Shown: positions 27,501 through 36,593 of the stretch, in pieces
Layout: every line of letters starts with the position of its first letter
How positions within the stretch are numbered: position 1 is the first letter of the stretch
Source of the DNA: a virus
Reading direction: 5' to 3' (one strand)
DNA length: 64,000 nucleotides
Virus record (IMG/VR): IMGVR_UViG_3300008116_003012
Location: 1 to 64,000 of that record
Program-made: the position numbers and the translations under genes
Notes under the pieces: generated by a model
The model's input: the letters and a program-made list of their open reading frames with translations, nothing else
Databases searched by the model: none
Told to the model about the DNA's origin: nothing

Positions 27501-27770
27501 TTATCGTTTTGCTACTGGGCCGCCGAAAAGACTAGCACCTTTAATATCATGTGCAGATTTAGCAGTTCCGTCTGAGTTTTTAGGCTGTACTACTTTAGGC
27601 TGCGGAGGTGCTTTAGTACCGCTTTTTCCGCCCCAAGGATCGCCTAAATAGCTTTTTTTACCACGTGCTTTACCTGGGCTAATATGCGGATTTACTACAG
27701 TACCTATATTAGCTGTACTTGTAGCACCTGCTGTGGCGCTTTCTGCCATTGTTATTTCTCGTATTCTCAT
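27501..27770 (-). CDS. Small basic putative internal protein
   Basis: MRIREITMAE-SATAGATS. Confidence 0.7.
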   Translation of the reverse strand: MRIREITMAESATAGATSTANIGTVVNPHISPGKARGKKSYLGDPWGGKSGTKAPPQPKVVQPKNSDGTAKSAHDIKGASLFGGPVAKR

Positions 27771-27961
27771 TTTTTCTTAGCCCTTCCTGCCTTCATATTT
27801 GCTAACCAGTGTGCAAGTTGACCTTTGCGTCCTCCCTGTTTAGCAGTCTTACGTAAACTGCTTACACTTGCCTTGGTATTAATACCGTGACGCTTGCTAT
27901 CGCCCTTATCTTGAGGGTTTCGACCATCAGCAAAGTTTTCTAAAATTTCACTTACTTTCAT
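27767..27961 (-). CDS. Small basic putative internal protein
   Basis: MKVSEILE-NFADG. Confidence 0.7.
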   Translation of the reverse strand: MKVSEILENFADGRNPQDKGDSKRHGINTKASVSSLRKTAKQGGRKGQLAHWLANMKAGRAKKK

Positions 27962-28253
27962 GGGATTTCTCTCCAGTCATGTAAGGAAGGCTGAACCACA
28001 GTTTAAACCATTCAGGGTCTCCGGCACGAATATTATTCTTACGCATAATTTTGGCTTTTTCTTGACCTGATTGTCCAAACGTTTCTCCGTAGCTTGTTTG
28101 ACTTGCTCTATATTCATGTAATCTAGCAACGCCCCCTAATCCGCCTAGTCCCGCTAATGCTTTTATCTCGTGAATAGGATCATCAGGGGACAAATAGGCA
28201 TCGTCTGGACTGTCTTGATTTAAATCTGCTGCGGTGATTTTATATTGTTTCAT
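27948..28253 (-). CDS. Hypothetical protein
   Basis: 101 aa, IRAGDPEWFKLWFS. Confidence 0.7.
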   Translation of the reverse strand: MKQYKITAADLNQDSPDDAYLSPDDPIHEIKALAGLGGLGGVARLHEYRASQTSYGETFGQSGQEKAKIMRKNNIRAGDPEWFKLWFSLPYMTGEKSHESK

Positions 28254-29320
28254 TTAGACTTCTTTGTGTCGTTAGCAAACTGTTTGTTAGTAGCTTTTAC
28301 AATACCACTGAATCTTTTATCACCGCGTTTAAAGTCACCTGATGCATCTGCTTTCTTAGCATCTGCTCCTGCTGCTTTTTTATACTTTCCTAACATATCA
28401 TTAGATAGTTCTTGCAGACTTGTTTTTAAATCAATATCTTCCGCTACACCTTGGCCTTCTGCCTGTTTAATTATTGCATCTAACTCAGACATCATTTGCT
28501 GAATCTTAGGAAGTTGTGATTGGAATGCTGCTATTATTTTCTGAAATGTCTTTTGAACATCAACTTCTTGATTTGGTGCAAGCACCATCATCTTTTTAAC
28601 TGCTTCGGGATTAGGAGCTTCTGATCCGTATTCTGCTGCTAAACTATAAATGCCTTTGACGAACTCAGTTGTAGGAATAGTTTCGTCTGCGGCTGCAACT
28701 TCTGTTACTTCAGGTTGCTTTTTCTTAGCAACTTTTTTTGGCTTTTCTGGATTCGCGCCTACCGCAGCAACTACAGTGTCAAAATAAGTTTGACCGTTAA
28801 CTGTTAACTTAGGATCTGTTCCGCTGGCTGCATAAAAAGCAGCTTCGTCATTAGCTCGAGCTGCGGTTCGAAGTGCAGTTGCTGAACTTACACGAGGGCT
28901 TTCTACGTGCTTGATTGCTCTAAATTTATAGTAACCGTGAGGACCTTCTTTACCGTTGTAGTCATTTAACAGCTTGCCAGCCCATGCCCAATCGTTACCG
29001 TCTGTTACATAGGCAATAGTTTTGTCATCGCCTAAGAGTTCATATAGTTTACTTGCTAATGTAACAACACTTTGCTCCGGAAGAATGTGTCCTTTAATAG
29101 GAGGATATATAGCCTGCATCCATGCCGACTTTTCTTTAAACGTTAATGGGTCGTTAGGTCCATGTGTACTGGGATTTGTTCCAATGAACCATTTGTTACC
29201 CGCTGCTTGTACAGCTTTGTATACTTCTATGTGTCCTTGATGAGCAGGGTTGAATCGACCGAATGCAAATGCTGCATCAGCACTTGGCATTTTTACTTCA
29301 AACAAATTTCTAAGTAACAT
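28250..29320 (-). CDS. HIGH-superfamily cytidylyltransferase-like protein with appended C-terminal modules
   Basis: FGRFNPAHQGH, NDPLTF.EK, SSATALR. Confidence 0.8.
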   Translation of the reverse strand: MLLRNLFEVKMPSADAAFAFGRFNPAHQGHIEVYKAVQAAGNKWFIGTNPSTHGPNDPLTFKEKSAWMQAIYPPIKGHILPEQSVVTLASKLYELLGDDKTIAYVTDGNDWAWAGKLLNDYNGKEGPHGYYKFRAIKHVESPRVSSATALRTAARANDEAAFYAASGTDPKLTVNGQTYFDTVVAAVGANPEKPKKVAKKKQPEVTEVAAADETIPTTEFVKGIYSLAAEYGSEAPNPEAVKKMMVLAPNQEVDVQKTFQKIIAAFQSQLPKIQQMMSELDAIIKQAEGQGVAEDIDLKTSLQELSNDMLGKYKKAAGADAKKADASGDFKRGDKRFSGIVKATNKQFANDTKKSK

Positions 29321-29321
29321 G

Positions 29322-29669
29322 TCAATCCTCTAAATCGTATGCGCCATCTTCGCAATTTTTAATTTCGCGTTTGTGAATTTCTTCGCAGATTTCTTTGCAC
29401 ATGTCATCTTTTAAGGTTTTTTCTAGTCCTTCTACAGGAAACTTGTTTTGATAGATAGCATAAGCTTCTCTAACCAATCGTTCAAATCCTTTTGGAGAAA
29501 TGTTTTTTCCTTCTTTGCAATACTCGTCAAATTTAAGCATTGCAGGAAAATAGCGTTTTCGATAAAATTCTGGATCGTTATTCATAAAAAAGATCACATC
29601 ATCTTTAAGATCATATCCTAAATCTTTTTTCTTATCATCCTCGTTTCCGAATAATTCATTAACATTCAT
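29322..29669 (-). CDS. Hypothetical late protein
   Basis: MNVNELF; follows the hairpin-enclosed TAAATA. Confidence 0.7.
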   Translation of the reverse strand: MNVNELFGNEDDKKKDLGYDLKDDVIFFMNNDPEFYRKRYFPAMLKFDEYCKEGKNISPKGFERLVREAYAIYQNKFPVEGLEKTLKDDMCKEICEEIHKREIKNCEDGAYDLED

Positions 29670-29690
29670 AATTTAAGTCCTGTCGTAAGA

Positions 29691-29728
29691 AATCCCTTAC
29701 TTCGTTATATTTATCGAAATAAGGGATT
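29691..29728. promoter_or_regulatory. Inverted repeat with the late motif TAAATA in its loop
   Basis: AATCCCTTAcTTCG-ttatatttat-CGAAaTAAGGGATT. Confidence 0.65.
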
Positions 29729-29733
29729 CGTTA

Positions 29734-30363
29734 TTAAGCTTTGATTACAGTTTCTATCCTACTAATAACACTACCTAAAAACATACGTACCATTGTAAGT
29801 GTTTTATCGTCTTTAACATAGAAATAACCGCCGCCCCAACTAAATCCCTTACCTAAGTCTTTTTTAATACGTTTAGTTAATCTTAACTTGTCATTACCAT
29901 CACTCCAATTTAAAAAGCTTTGATAATCTTGTCTAGTAGCGCCTATATGTATTTTGTACTTATAGTCTAGTGTTTTAACAATAACATTGTCTTTTTCTAG
30001 AACAGGACTAGTTCTATTAGGCAAACATATAAACTTGACTCTTTGATCATCTAATGATGCTAATTTTTCAATGGTTGTGCTGTCATTTGTATAAAGATTG
30101 ATTCTAGGACTTTCGATACGCAGTTCGTAATCTCCTAGAGTAGACATTAAATCTCTAAGTTTAAAACAATATTCTAAATCTTCTTTTGTTTTTATCTTAA
30201 CCCAAGAAGGAAAATGTCCTTCATTGAGTTTTTCTAAAACATAATCTAACTTATTGCCTCTAAACCAACCAGCAATAGGACAAACAAGTACAATTTTATA
30301 CTTGTACTTGTTTGCAAACAGACTTACTGTTTCTTTAATCAGAACTGATTTCGGTAGTTTCAT
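29734..30363 (-). CDS. Hypothetical protein
   Basis: 209-aa ORF overlapping the clpA end. Confidence 0.75.
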   Translation of the reverse strand: MKLPKSVLIKETVSLFANKYKYKIVLVCPIAGWFRGNKLDYVLEKLNEGHFPSWVKIKTKEDLEYCFKLRDLMSTLGDYELRIESPRINLYTNDSTTIEKLASLDDQRVKFICLPNRTSPVLEKDNVIVKTLDYKYKIHIGATRQDYQSFLNWSDGNDKLRLTKRIKKDLGKGFSWGGGYFYVKDDKTLTMVRMFLGSVISRIETVIKA

Positions 30364-32599
30364 TCTGTACTATTGGTTTTGTAGCTTTAGTAACAGCAAC
30401 AATCATCAACTGATCTTTATCTAGTGTAATGTTAGCAGTGCCGCCATTCTTTAACTCACCAAACAACATCATTTTAGCAAGACTGCGTTTAATGTCTTTG
30501 TCAATAACACGTTGTAACGGACGAGCACCCATTTTAGGATCAAAGCCTTTGTCAATCAAGTAGTTAAGAGCTTCTTTGTTGATCTTGATCTTAACGCCTT
30601 TTTCTTTAACTTGGGCACGTAACTCATCAATAAACTTATCAACAACCTTAGTCATTGTTTCTTTAGTCAACTTGCTGAATGTAACAACAGCATCTAGTCG
30701 ATTACGGAACTCAGGAGCAAAGAATTTCTTTAATGCTGTGTCACTATAAGTAACTTCTTGTGTACCAAAACCGATCTTGTTCTTTTCAGCATCACTTGCA
30801 CCAGCATTGGTAGTAATGATTAAGATAATGTTACGGCAATCTGCTTGCTTTCCGTTTGAACCAGTGATAAAACCATTGTCCATCATTTGCAACAAGATAG
30901 TTGAAACGTCAGGATGGCTCTTTTCAATCTCGTCTAACAGCAATACACAATTCGGATGCTCTTGAATCTTAGTAATCAGTAAGCCTGCATTTTCTTCAAA
31001 GCCTACATAACCAGGAGGGCTACCGATTAGCTTGCTAACACTATGCTTCTCTTGATACTCACTCATATCAAAGCGCACAAGTTTAACACCCAAGTTCTTT
31101 GCCAAGCTCTTGGCAGTTTCAGTTTTACCTGTACCTGTTGGACCCATGAACACAAACGCACCAACTGGACGATTGTCAGGTTTCAATCCAGCACGGCTAA
31201 CAAGGATTTTGTCAACTACTTCTGTAATGGCAGCTTCTTGTCCATAAACTTCTGCCTTTAGCTGTGATTCAAGATTGTTTAATGTAGAACTTTCTTGTTC
31301 AGCAATAGTTTCTGCAGGCATGTTAACAACTTTAGCCAATTCATATTGAATCTCGCTTTCGCCTACTGTACGAGTTTCTACAATCTTTAAATTGAATCGA
31401 CTGCAAGCCAAGTCAATTAAGTCAATTGCTTTGTCAGGAAGCTTTTTATCGTTCTGATACTTAACGCTCAAGTCAATAGCTGCCTTAATAGCTTCGTCTT
31501 TAATCTTAACCTTATGATGTTCTTCGTAGTATTTCTTAATACCTTTAAGGATCTGGAAGCTCATTTCTTTGCTAGGCTCGTCAACAGTAATGCGTTGGAA
31601 CCTACGCATCAATGCACGATCTTTTTCAAAGTGTTTGCGATATTCTTCCCAGGTAGTTGAAGCAACTACTTTAATGTTGCCTTTGCTCAATGCAGGCTTC
31701 ATCATGTTAGCAAGGTCGTTAGCATTATTGTTAGCTGAACCAGCACCGCTAATCATATGTGCTTCGTCAATGAACAAGATAGTCTTACCTTTCTTGCCTA
31801 ATGCTTTCAACACCAACTTAAAACGTTCTTCGAAATCGCCGCGGTACTTAGATCCTGCAAGCATTGCACTAATGTCCAAGTTGAATACAGTGTAGTCTTT
31901 AAGGAAGTCCGGAACTGCACCTTGCACAATATTGTAAGCCAGACCTTCTGCAATTGCAGTCTTACCTACACCTGGATCACCTACAAGAATAACGTTGCTC
32001 TTGCTACGACGGCCCATTGCCAATGCTACATTCTCAAGTTCTTCTACACGACCGATAACTGGATCAATCTTGTTTTTCTTAACAGCTTCGTTAAGGTTAG
32101 TTGTAAAACTCTTTAGAGCACGATCACTTTGATTGTCACGCGGCTCTTCTTCTTGTTCTACAGTAGAGTCCATCTCGTTGTTGAGATAGTCTGCAAATTT
32201 GTCTTTATCAATGTTAGCTTGCTGAATGTAGTAAGCTGCAAAGCTACGTTTCTCACTCATCATAGCAAGGAATACATCAGTACTTTCAATACGTTGACGG
32301 CCATTAAACAGAACCTGTGTAAACGCACGATTGAGTACACGTTCTACAGTTTGTGTTTTACGAGGTTTAGCATCAGACTCACTAATAATATCGTCACATT
32401 TATTTTTTAAATAATGTTCTAGATTTTTCTTAATAAATTCCGGATCACTTCCGTACCCTTGAACGCATTTGGTAAAAGTTTCTTCGCATAGCATAGCAAA
32501 AAGCAAATGCTCCAAAGTCAAGTATTCGTGTTTAAGTTTCTTAGCAACATCGATTGCTTTTTCAAATACTAGTTGCAGTTCGTTACTTGGTTCTACCAT
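30335..32599 (-). CDS. clpA: ATP-dependent Clp protease ATP-binding subunit
   Basis: Clp N-domain (HEYLTLEHLL); two AAA modules GDPGVGKT and GPTGTGKT; IGF loop (ClpP docking); MGARPL; no ClpB M-domain. Confidence 0.93.
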   Translation of the reverse strand: MVEPSNELQLVFEKAIDVAKKLKHEYLTLEHLLFAMLCEETFTKCVQGYGSDPEFIKKNLEHYLKNKCDDIISESDAKPRKTQTVERVLNRAFTQVLFNGRQRIESTDVFLAMMSEKRSFAAYYIQQANIDKDKFADYLNNEMDSTVEQEEEPRDNQSDRALKSFTTNLNEAVKKNKIDPVIGRVEELENVALAMGRRSKSNVILVGDPGVGKTAIAEGLAYNIVQGAVPDFLKDYTVFNLDISAMLAGSKYRGDFEERFKLVLKALGKKGKTILFIDEAHMISGAGSANNNANDLANMMKPALSKGNIKVVASTTWEEYRKHFEKDRALMRRFQRITVDEPSKEMSFQILKGIKKYYEEHHKVKIKDEAIKAAIDLSVKYQNDKKLPDKAIDLIDLACSRFNLKIVETRTVGESEIQYELAKVVNMPAETIAEQESSTLNNLESQLKAEVYGQEAAITEVVDKILVSRAGLKPDNRPVGAFVFMGPTGTGKTETAKSLAKNLGVKLVRFDMSEYQEKHSVSKLIGSPPGYVGFEENAGLLITKIQEHPNCVLLLDEIEKSHPDVSTILLQMMDNGFITGSNGKQADCRNIILIITTNAGASDAEKNKIGFGTQEVTYSDTALKKFFAPEFRNRLDAVVTFSKLTKETMTKVVDKFIDELRAQVKEKGVKIKINKEALNYLIDKGFDPKMGARPLQRVIDKDIKRSLAKMMLFGELKNGGTANITLDKDQLMIVAVTKATKPIVQNETTEISSD

Positions 32600-32623
32600 A
32601 AATTTCCTCGTTGTAATTAATTT

Positions 32624-32651
32624 ATTATACAGTATTATTTTGATTTGTCAA
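32624..32651 (-). promoter_or_regulatory. sigma70-type promoter for clpA
   Basis: TTGACA-N16-TATAAT. Confidence 0.65.
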
Positions 32652-33474
32652 TTAGTTCGGCGTAGAGTTCTTCAAATTTAATTTTAAGATCTGGATCAGT
32701 TAAAACAGGAATATCAATACCCACTATAATAATAAGATTTCCAGACTGTCCTCTTAGGTTAGTAAATCCTAAATTGCTACTGACATATTCGGTACCATGT
32801 TGAACACCGGGCCGAATATTAAATCTAATCCCAGTGCCATTTAAATGATTAACAATTTTAGTACATCCAGTCATTGCTTCAATTGGATTAATAACACAAT
32901 AGGCAATTAAATCATTTCCTCTACGGTCAAACTCTTGACTACGTTGTACCATAACAGTTACATTAAGATCTCCCCGCGGCAAATTAGGTGAACTGTCGTC
33001 CCCCATGCCTTGATATCTAATAACTTGTCCTGATTCTACTCCTGCAGGAACTTGTATTATAACTGTTTGTTTTTTACCATTAGGCAATTGATAGCTTGCT
33101 TCTAAATCCGCTCCGAGATAACTTTGTTTAAAGTTAACGTTTACTCTAATGTTTAGATCTCTATTTTTTCTTCTGTTAGGTTGTTGTGTTTGCCTAAAGA
33201 ATTGTTCAAACGGATTTCCGCCGAACATAGAACTTACATCATGCCATCCTTGTCCGCTACCTTGTGTAAATGGATCAAAGCTGTGTTGCGGAGAATCGTA
33301 TTGTGCTCTTTTAACAGGATCACTTAGTGTGTCATATGCCTGTGCAATGGACTGAAAAGTTGCAGTATCTCCTCCTTTGTCAGGATGATGCTTTGTTGCT
33401 AACTTTCTATAGGCCTTTTTGATTTCGTCCTGACTTGCAGTTTTTGAAACACCTAACGTTTGATAATGATCCAT
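32635..33474 (-). CDS. dnaJ: DnaJ/CbpA-type co-chaperone without the Zn finger
   Basis: J-domain with HPD, G/F-rich linker, C-terminal domain GDLNV. Confidence 0.9.
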   Translation of the reverse strand: MDHYQTLGVSKTASQDEIKKAYRKLATKHHPDKGGDTATFQSIAQAYDTLSDPVKRAQYDSPQHSFDPFTQGSGQGWHDVSSMFGGNPFEQFFRQTQQPNRRKNRDLNIRVNVNFKQSYLGADLEASYQLPNGKKQTVIIQVPAGVESGQVIRYQGMGDDSSPNLPRGDLNVTVMVQRSQEFDRRGNDLIAYCVINPIEAMTGCTKIVNHLNGTGIRFNIRPGVQHGTEYVSSNLGFTNLRGQSGNLIIIVGIDIPVLTDPDLKIKFEELYAELIDKSK

Positions 33475-33480
33475 ATTGAT

Positions 33481-33526
33481 AAAAAAAGGTATAGTGTATT
33501 ATACTATACCTTCTTATATATGTCAA
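33481..33526 (-). terminator. Intrinsic terminator fused with a sigma70 promoter
   Basis: AAGGTATAGT-loop-ACTATACCTT followed by a U-tract; TTGACA-N17-TATAAT with the -10 in the loop. Confidence 0.8.
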
Positions 33527-33538
33527 GTAAAAAAATGT

Positions 33539-33769
33539 TTATTTTTTCTTGGCGTCTTCGACTTTAGTACCTTCAAACTTTTTGTGAACTTTAACAGTTT
33601 TACAATCTTGTTTTGGTTGTTTAGTTTTTGGATCGATAACTGGCTTGCCGTCTTTGCCCTGAATATCAACACAAACTTTTTTAGTTTCTGGTGCTGCTTT
33701 ATCATCGGCTGCATAAGCAGAACCTGCTGCTAAAAATCCTGCTACGAATAATGTTGTTAAAAATTTCAT
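33539..33769 (-). CDS. Small secreted Lys-rich protein with 2 Cys
   Basis: Signal peptide ending AYA; KKVC...QDCK. Confidence 0.75.
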   Translation of the reverse strand: MKFLTTLFVAGFLAAGSAYAADDKAAPETKKVCVDIQGKDGKPVIDPKTKQPKQDCKTVKVHKKFEGTKVEDAKKK

Positions 33770-33780
33770 TTTATATTCCT

Positions 33781-34311
33781 TTATAGTTCTGGGAAATTTG
33801 GTTGTTGTGGGCCAATCTTTCCGCTTCTTGATGTGAGTATGGTTGCTGGAGGTACTGCGCCGTAGCCTGGGTGACTTGTGCCAAATGAGCCTCCATTGTT
33901 AAATCCGCTTCCCATTGATTGGAGTTGTTCGAATGATTGTGTAAAGGTCGTTGCCATTGGTGTACCAATGTTGCCGCCGGGTTGCTGTCCAACTGTCGCC
34001 GGAGGTGTATATGTTGTATTGACATTTGATGGTAGGGCGGGTCCGCCATTGTTTGCTCCTCCTAGTTTCTCTTGTGTTCGACCATATGCAGCAACTCCTA
34101 GTACTGCACCCATTGCAATATGGTACAAACCTGCGCCTTGTAGTGTAATAGGTTGCCATTGTATAGTAACGCTTCCCTTATCTAAAGCCTGCAACAGACT
34201 CCACAATATTGGAAAAATAACAAAGTCTGCAATACAAGTTAACATGTAACTCCAACCCATAGCTGGACGCCATTTAGAATTCATCCAATCTTCTTTACTA
34301 TGGGCTTTCAT
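33781..34311 (-). CDS. Holin-like protein (GTA 3TM holin family-like) with low-complexity tail
   Basis: KWRPAMGW, TM segments, GVAAYGRTQEK; sits in the lysis cluster. Confidence 0.7.
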   Translation of the reverse strand: MKAHSKEDWMNSKWRPAMGWSYMLTCIADFVIFPILWSLLQALDKGSVTIQWQPITLQGAGLYHIAMGAVLGVAAYGRTQEKLGGANNGGPALPSNVNTTYTPPATVGQQPGGNIGTPMATTFTQSFEQLQSMGSGFNNGGSFGTSHPGYGAVPPATILTSRSGKIGPQQPNFPEL

Positions 34312-34317
34312 AATATA

Positions 34318-34902
34318 TTACAGTTCGGGATGATCTGGTTGCATCGGCATTGGTTTACCTGTGCTAGACATCATTGGCGCACTTGGAGGATTGAAGCTTT
34401 GCGCTGGCGCTGCTCCAAATCCAATAGGTGCTCCGAAGCCTGTTGATACATTATTTCCAAAACTGCTAGTTGGTGTAGCACCAAACGCAGGTCCTGCTCC
34501 AAATCCCGATGACATAGATCCAAAGCCACCGTTGTTTGTTGAAGAAATAGTCTGAGCACCGAATGGTCCACTAATTGTTGTTGATGAGCTTTTTGGTCCT
34601 CTATCCCATCCAGAATTTGCCGCCTTTAATGCTTCTTTCTGTGCTTCTTTGTCACCTGGACTAGCTAACATGATACCACTTAGTGTACCAGTTAAGAATG
34701 TAGCAATAGGAATGATCAGTTCAAAGAACTTTTGATCAATTGGGCTAATAGCGTTCAGCGGTTGTGTAACAAATATCAATGAATATAGCACAACAAATAC
34801 AATACCGAACAATGTCAATGATAGGCAAATTCCGATGAAAAATTTCAATCGGGCCATTAATTCTTCTTCAGTATAAATGTGTTCAGGTTGATTATTTTCC
34901 AC
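34318..34902 (-). CDS. 2-TM membrane protein with FG-repeat tail (GTG start)
   Basis: AAGGAG RBS before the GTG at 34902; two TMs; seven FG dipeptides in the tail. Confidence 0.7.
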   Translation of the reverse strand: MENNQPEHIYTEEELMARLKFFIGICLSLTLFGIVFVVLYSLIFVTQPLNAISPIDQKFFELIIPIATFLTGTLSGIMLASPGDKEAQKEALKAANSGWDRGPKSSSTTISGPFGAQTISSTNNGGFGSMSSGFGAGPAFGATPTSSFGNNVSTGFGAPIGFGAAPAQSFNPPSAPMMSSTGKPMPMQPDHPEL

Positions 34903-35179
34903 AACTGACTCCTTGTGTGTTAGGCGCCATAGCCGGCGCAGAAATTGTTTTAGCTGGTTCATCTTTTGGAGGTCCTAATCTTGGGTCACGTTGACCTTTA
35001 AAAATATGCTCGGGACATGTGCGAGTTACATCACATGTTGGCAACTTGCATATTTGTTTATCCCAGTTATCTGGATTTTGGCAAGGGTAACGAAAACTGT
35101 CACCGTTACTAAAATATGCTAACGCAAGAGGTGCTAATAGTAATACAAACACCCACTTGAGTAATTTTTTATCTTGCAT
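34892..35179 (-). CDS. Membrane-anchored Cys-rich periplasmic protein
   Basis: N-terminal TM; FRYPCQ.P.NW...C..P.C....TCP. Confidence 0.7.
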   Translation of the reverse strand: MQDKKLLKWVFVLLLAPLALAYFSNGDSFRYPCQNPDNWDKQICKLPTCDVTRTCPEHIFKGQRDPRLGPPKDEPAKTISAPAMAPNTQGVSCGK

Positions 35180-35201
35180 TACTCAGCTCCTTTATATACT
35201 A

Positions 35202-35468
35202 TTATTTAACAGTTTCAAACTGTTTTTTCTGCTTGTCGTACCACTCATTCCATCCATCTACTTTGTTAGCACATTCATAGTATAAGCCGTAATTTTTAAC
35301 TACAGTTTTTAACAAATCTGTTATTGGTACGTTTGTACCTTCAATAGTGTTTAATGTTGGACATTTTTCTTGTAGAGTAGGTACTGCATCTGGAAAGTTT
35401 CTTTTAACTGGAGTAGGTGTGCTACATCCTGCTAATAACACAACAACGCCTAAAATAATTGCTTTCAT
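35202..35468 (-). CDS. o-spanin (Rz1-like lipoprotein)
   Basis: Lipobox LLAGC, Pro-rich, overlaps the i-spanin end. Confidence 0.8.
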   Translation of the reverse strand: MKAIILGVVVLLAGCSTPTPVKRNFPDAVPTLQEKCPTLNTIEGTNVPITDLLKTVVKNYGLYYECANKVDGWNEWYDKQKKQFETVK

Positions 35469-35959
35469 TTCTTAGGCCCCTCCGCTGCTTTGTTCATAAC
35501 TGCCGCTGCATTATGTGCATCAATAATAGGTTGAGGTACAGGACAACGTTCTACATACTTGATAACTTCTTCTTTTTTAACAACTTCTTTATCTATGTAT
35601 TGAGTAATGTATTCAGTTTTGCCTTTGATAAACTCTTTTTGTTTTACAATTTTTTCTTGTATAACAACATTTTCTTTCTTAGACTCAGCTTCTGCCGCCG
35701 CTACTTTAGCTTCTAACTCTTTAACTCGATCACGCCACATCATTTCTGTAGTGTAACCACCTTTGAAATAGATTCCCGCAGTTAATAGTACAGCACTACC
35801 AATTTGAATTACTGTTACATATTTTGATAGGCCGGGAATTTTGTTTAAGATTTTGTGAAGTACAAAAAATGCTAGAATGAAACTGACCACTCCTGCAATC
35901 AACACTATGTTGACTATGTACATTAACAAAGTGTCAGGTAAGAATGACAGTAACCACAT
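35465..35959 (-). CDS. i-spanin (Rz-like)
   Basis: TM helices plus coiled coil plus C-terminal CPVP; lies between endolysin and lipoprotein. Confidence 0.75.
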   Translation of the reverse strand: MWLLSFLPDTLLMYIVNIVLIAGVVSFILAFFVLHKILNKIPGLSKYVTVIQIGSAVLLTAGIYFKGGYTTEMMWRDRVKELEAKVAAAEAESKKENVVIQEKIVKQKEFIKGKTEYITQYIDKEVVKKEEVIKYVERCPVPQPIIDAHNAAAVMNKAAEGPKK

Positions 35960-35960
35960 A

Positions 35961-36593
35961 TTAATGTACTCCGAGAACGTGCAGAGCGTGATTGTAGTGT
36001 TTAATACGATCTTCTAAGCCAATAGTACCACCGTTAATACGCTTGGTTAGTGTAAGGATATCACCTGCATCTGCCCATTGATTTAGATTATTTTGTTCCC
36101 AGAAGAAACATGCACTTTGTACGGCACCTTCGAATGTTCCTAAGTACTCTACACATTCTTCCATGTTTTCAATACCTACACTGGCTGCAAAGAATGTATA
36201 ATTATTCTTACCAGTTAATTGAATTAGTCCACGTCCTAGGTAGCGATATCCGTCACCTGACGCTTCGTCACCGTTGCCCATACGATTGGCATAGACCTTG
36301 TTGGCAATCATTTGAGGATTTTTAGCATAAGGCTGTGCAGACTCTAGTGTAGGAAAGTATTTCTTAAAAGTTTTAGTTAAACTTTCTGCTTTGTAATTTA
36401 AATTCTCTTGTAGGAATTTAAAATTGCCACTTTCGTGAGCGCACTGAGCAATAAACGCTGCTACTCTTTCAGGAGTATTAATTTTATACTCTGGAAGAAT
36501 TTGATTCAATGCATCGTACCAATAGTCTAGATAAGGGTTCTTACCTATCATTTCCGCTAAATGTGCTTTTTTAAATTCAAATGTAAAACTCAT
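35961..36593 (-). CDS. GH19 endolysin
   Basis: AAFIAQCAHES, ENLNY, YLGRGLIQLTGKNNY, TKRINGG. Confidence 0.93.
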   Translation of the reverse strand: MSFTFEFKKAHLAEMIGKNPYLDYWYDALNQILPEYKINTPERVAAFIAQCAHESGNFKFLQENLNYKAESLTKTFKKYFPTLESAQPYAKNPQMIANKVYANRMGNGDEASGDGYRYLGRGLIQLTGKNNYTFFAASVGIENMEECVEYLGTFEGAVQSACFFWEQNNLNQWADAGDILTLTKRINGGTIGLEDRIKHYNHALHVLGVH

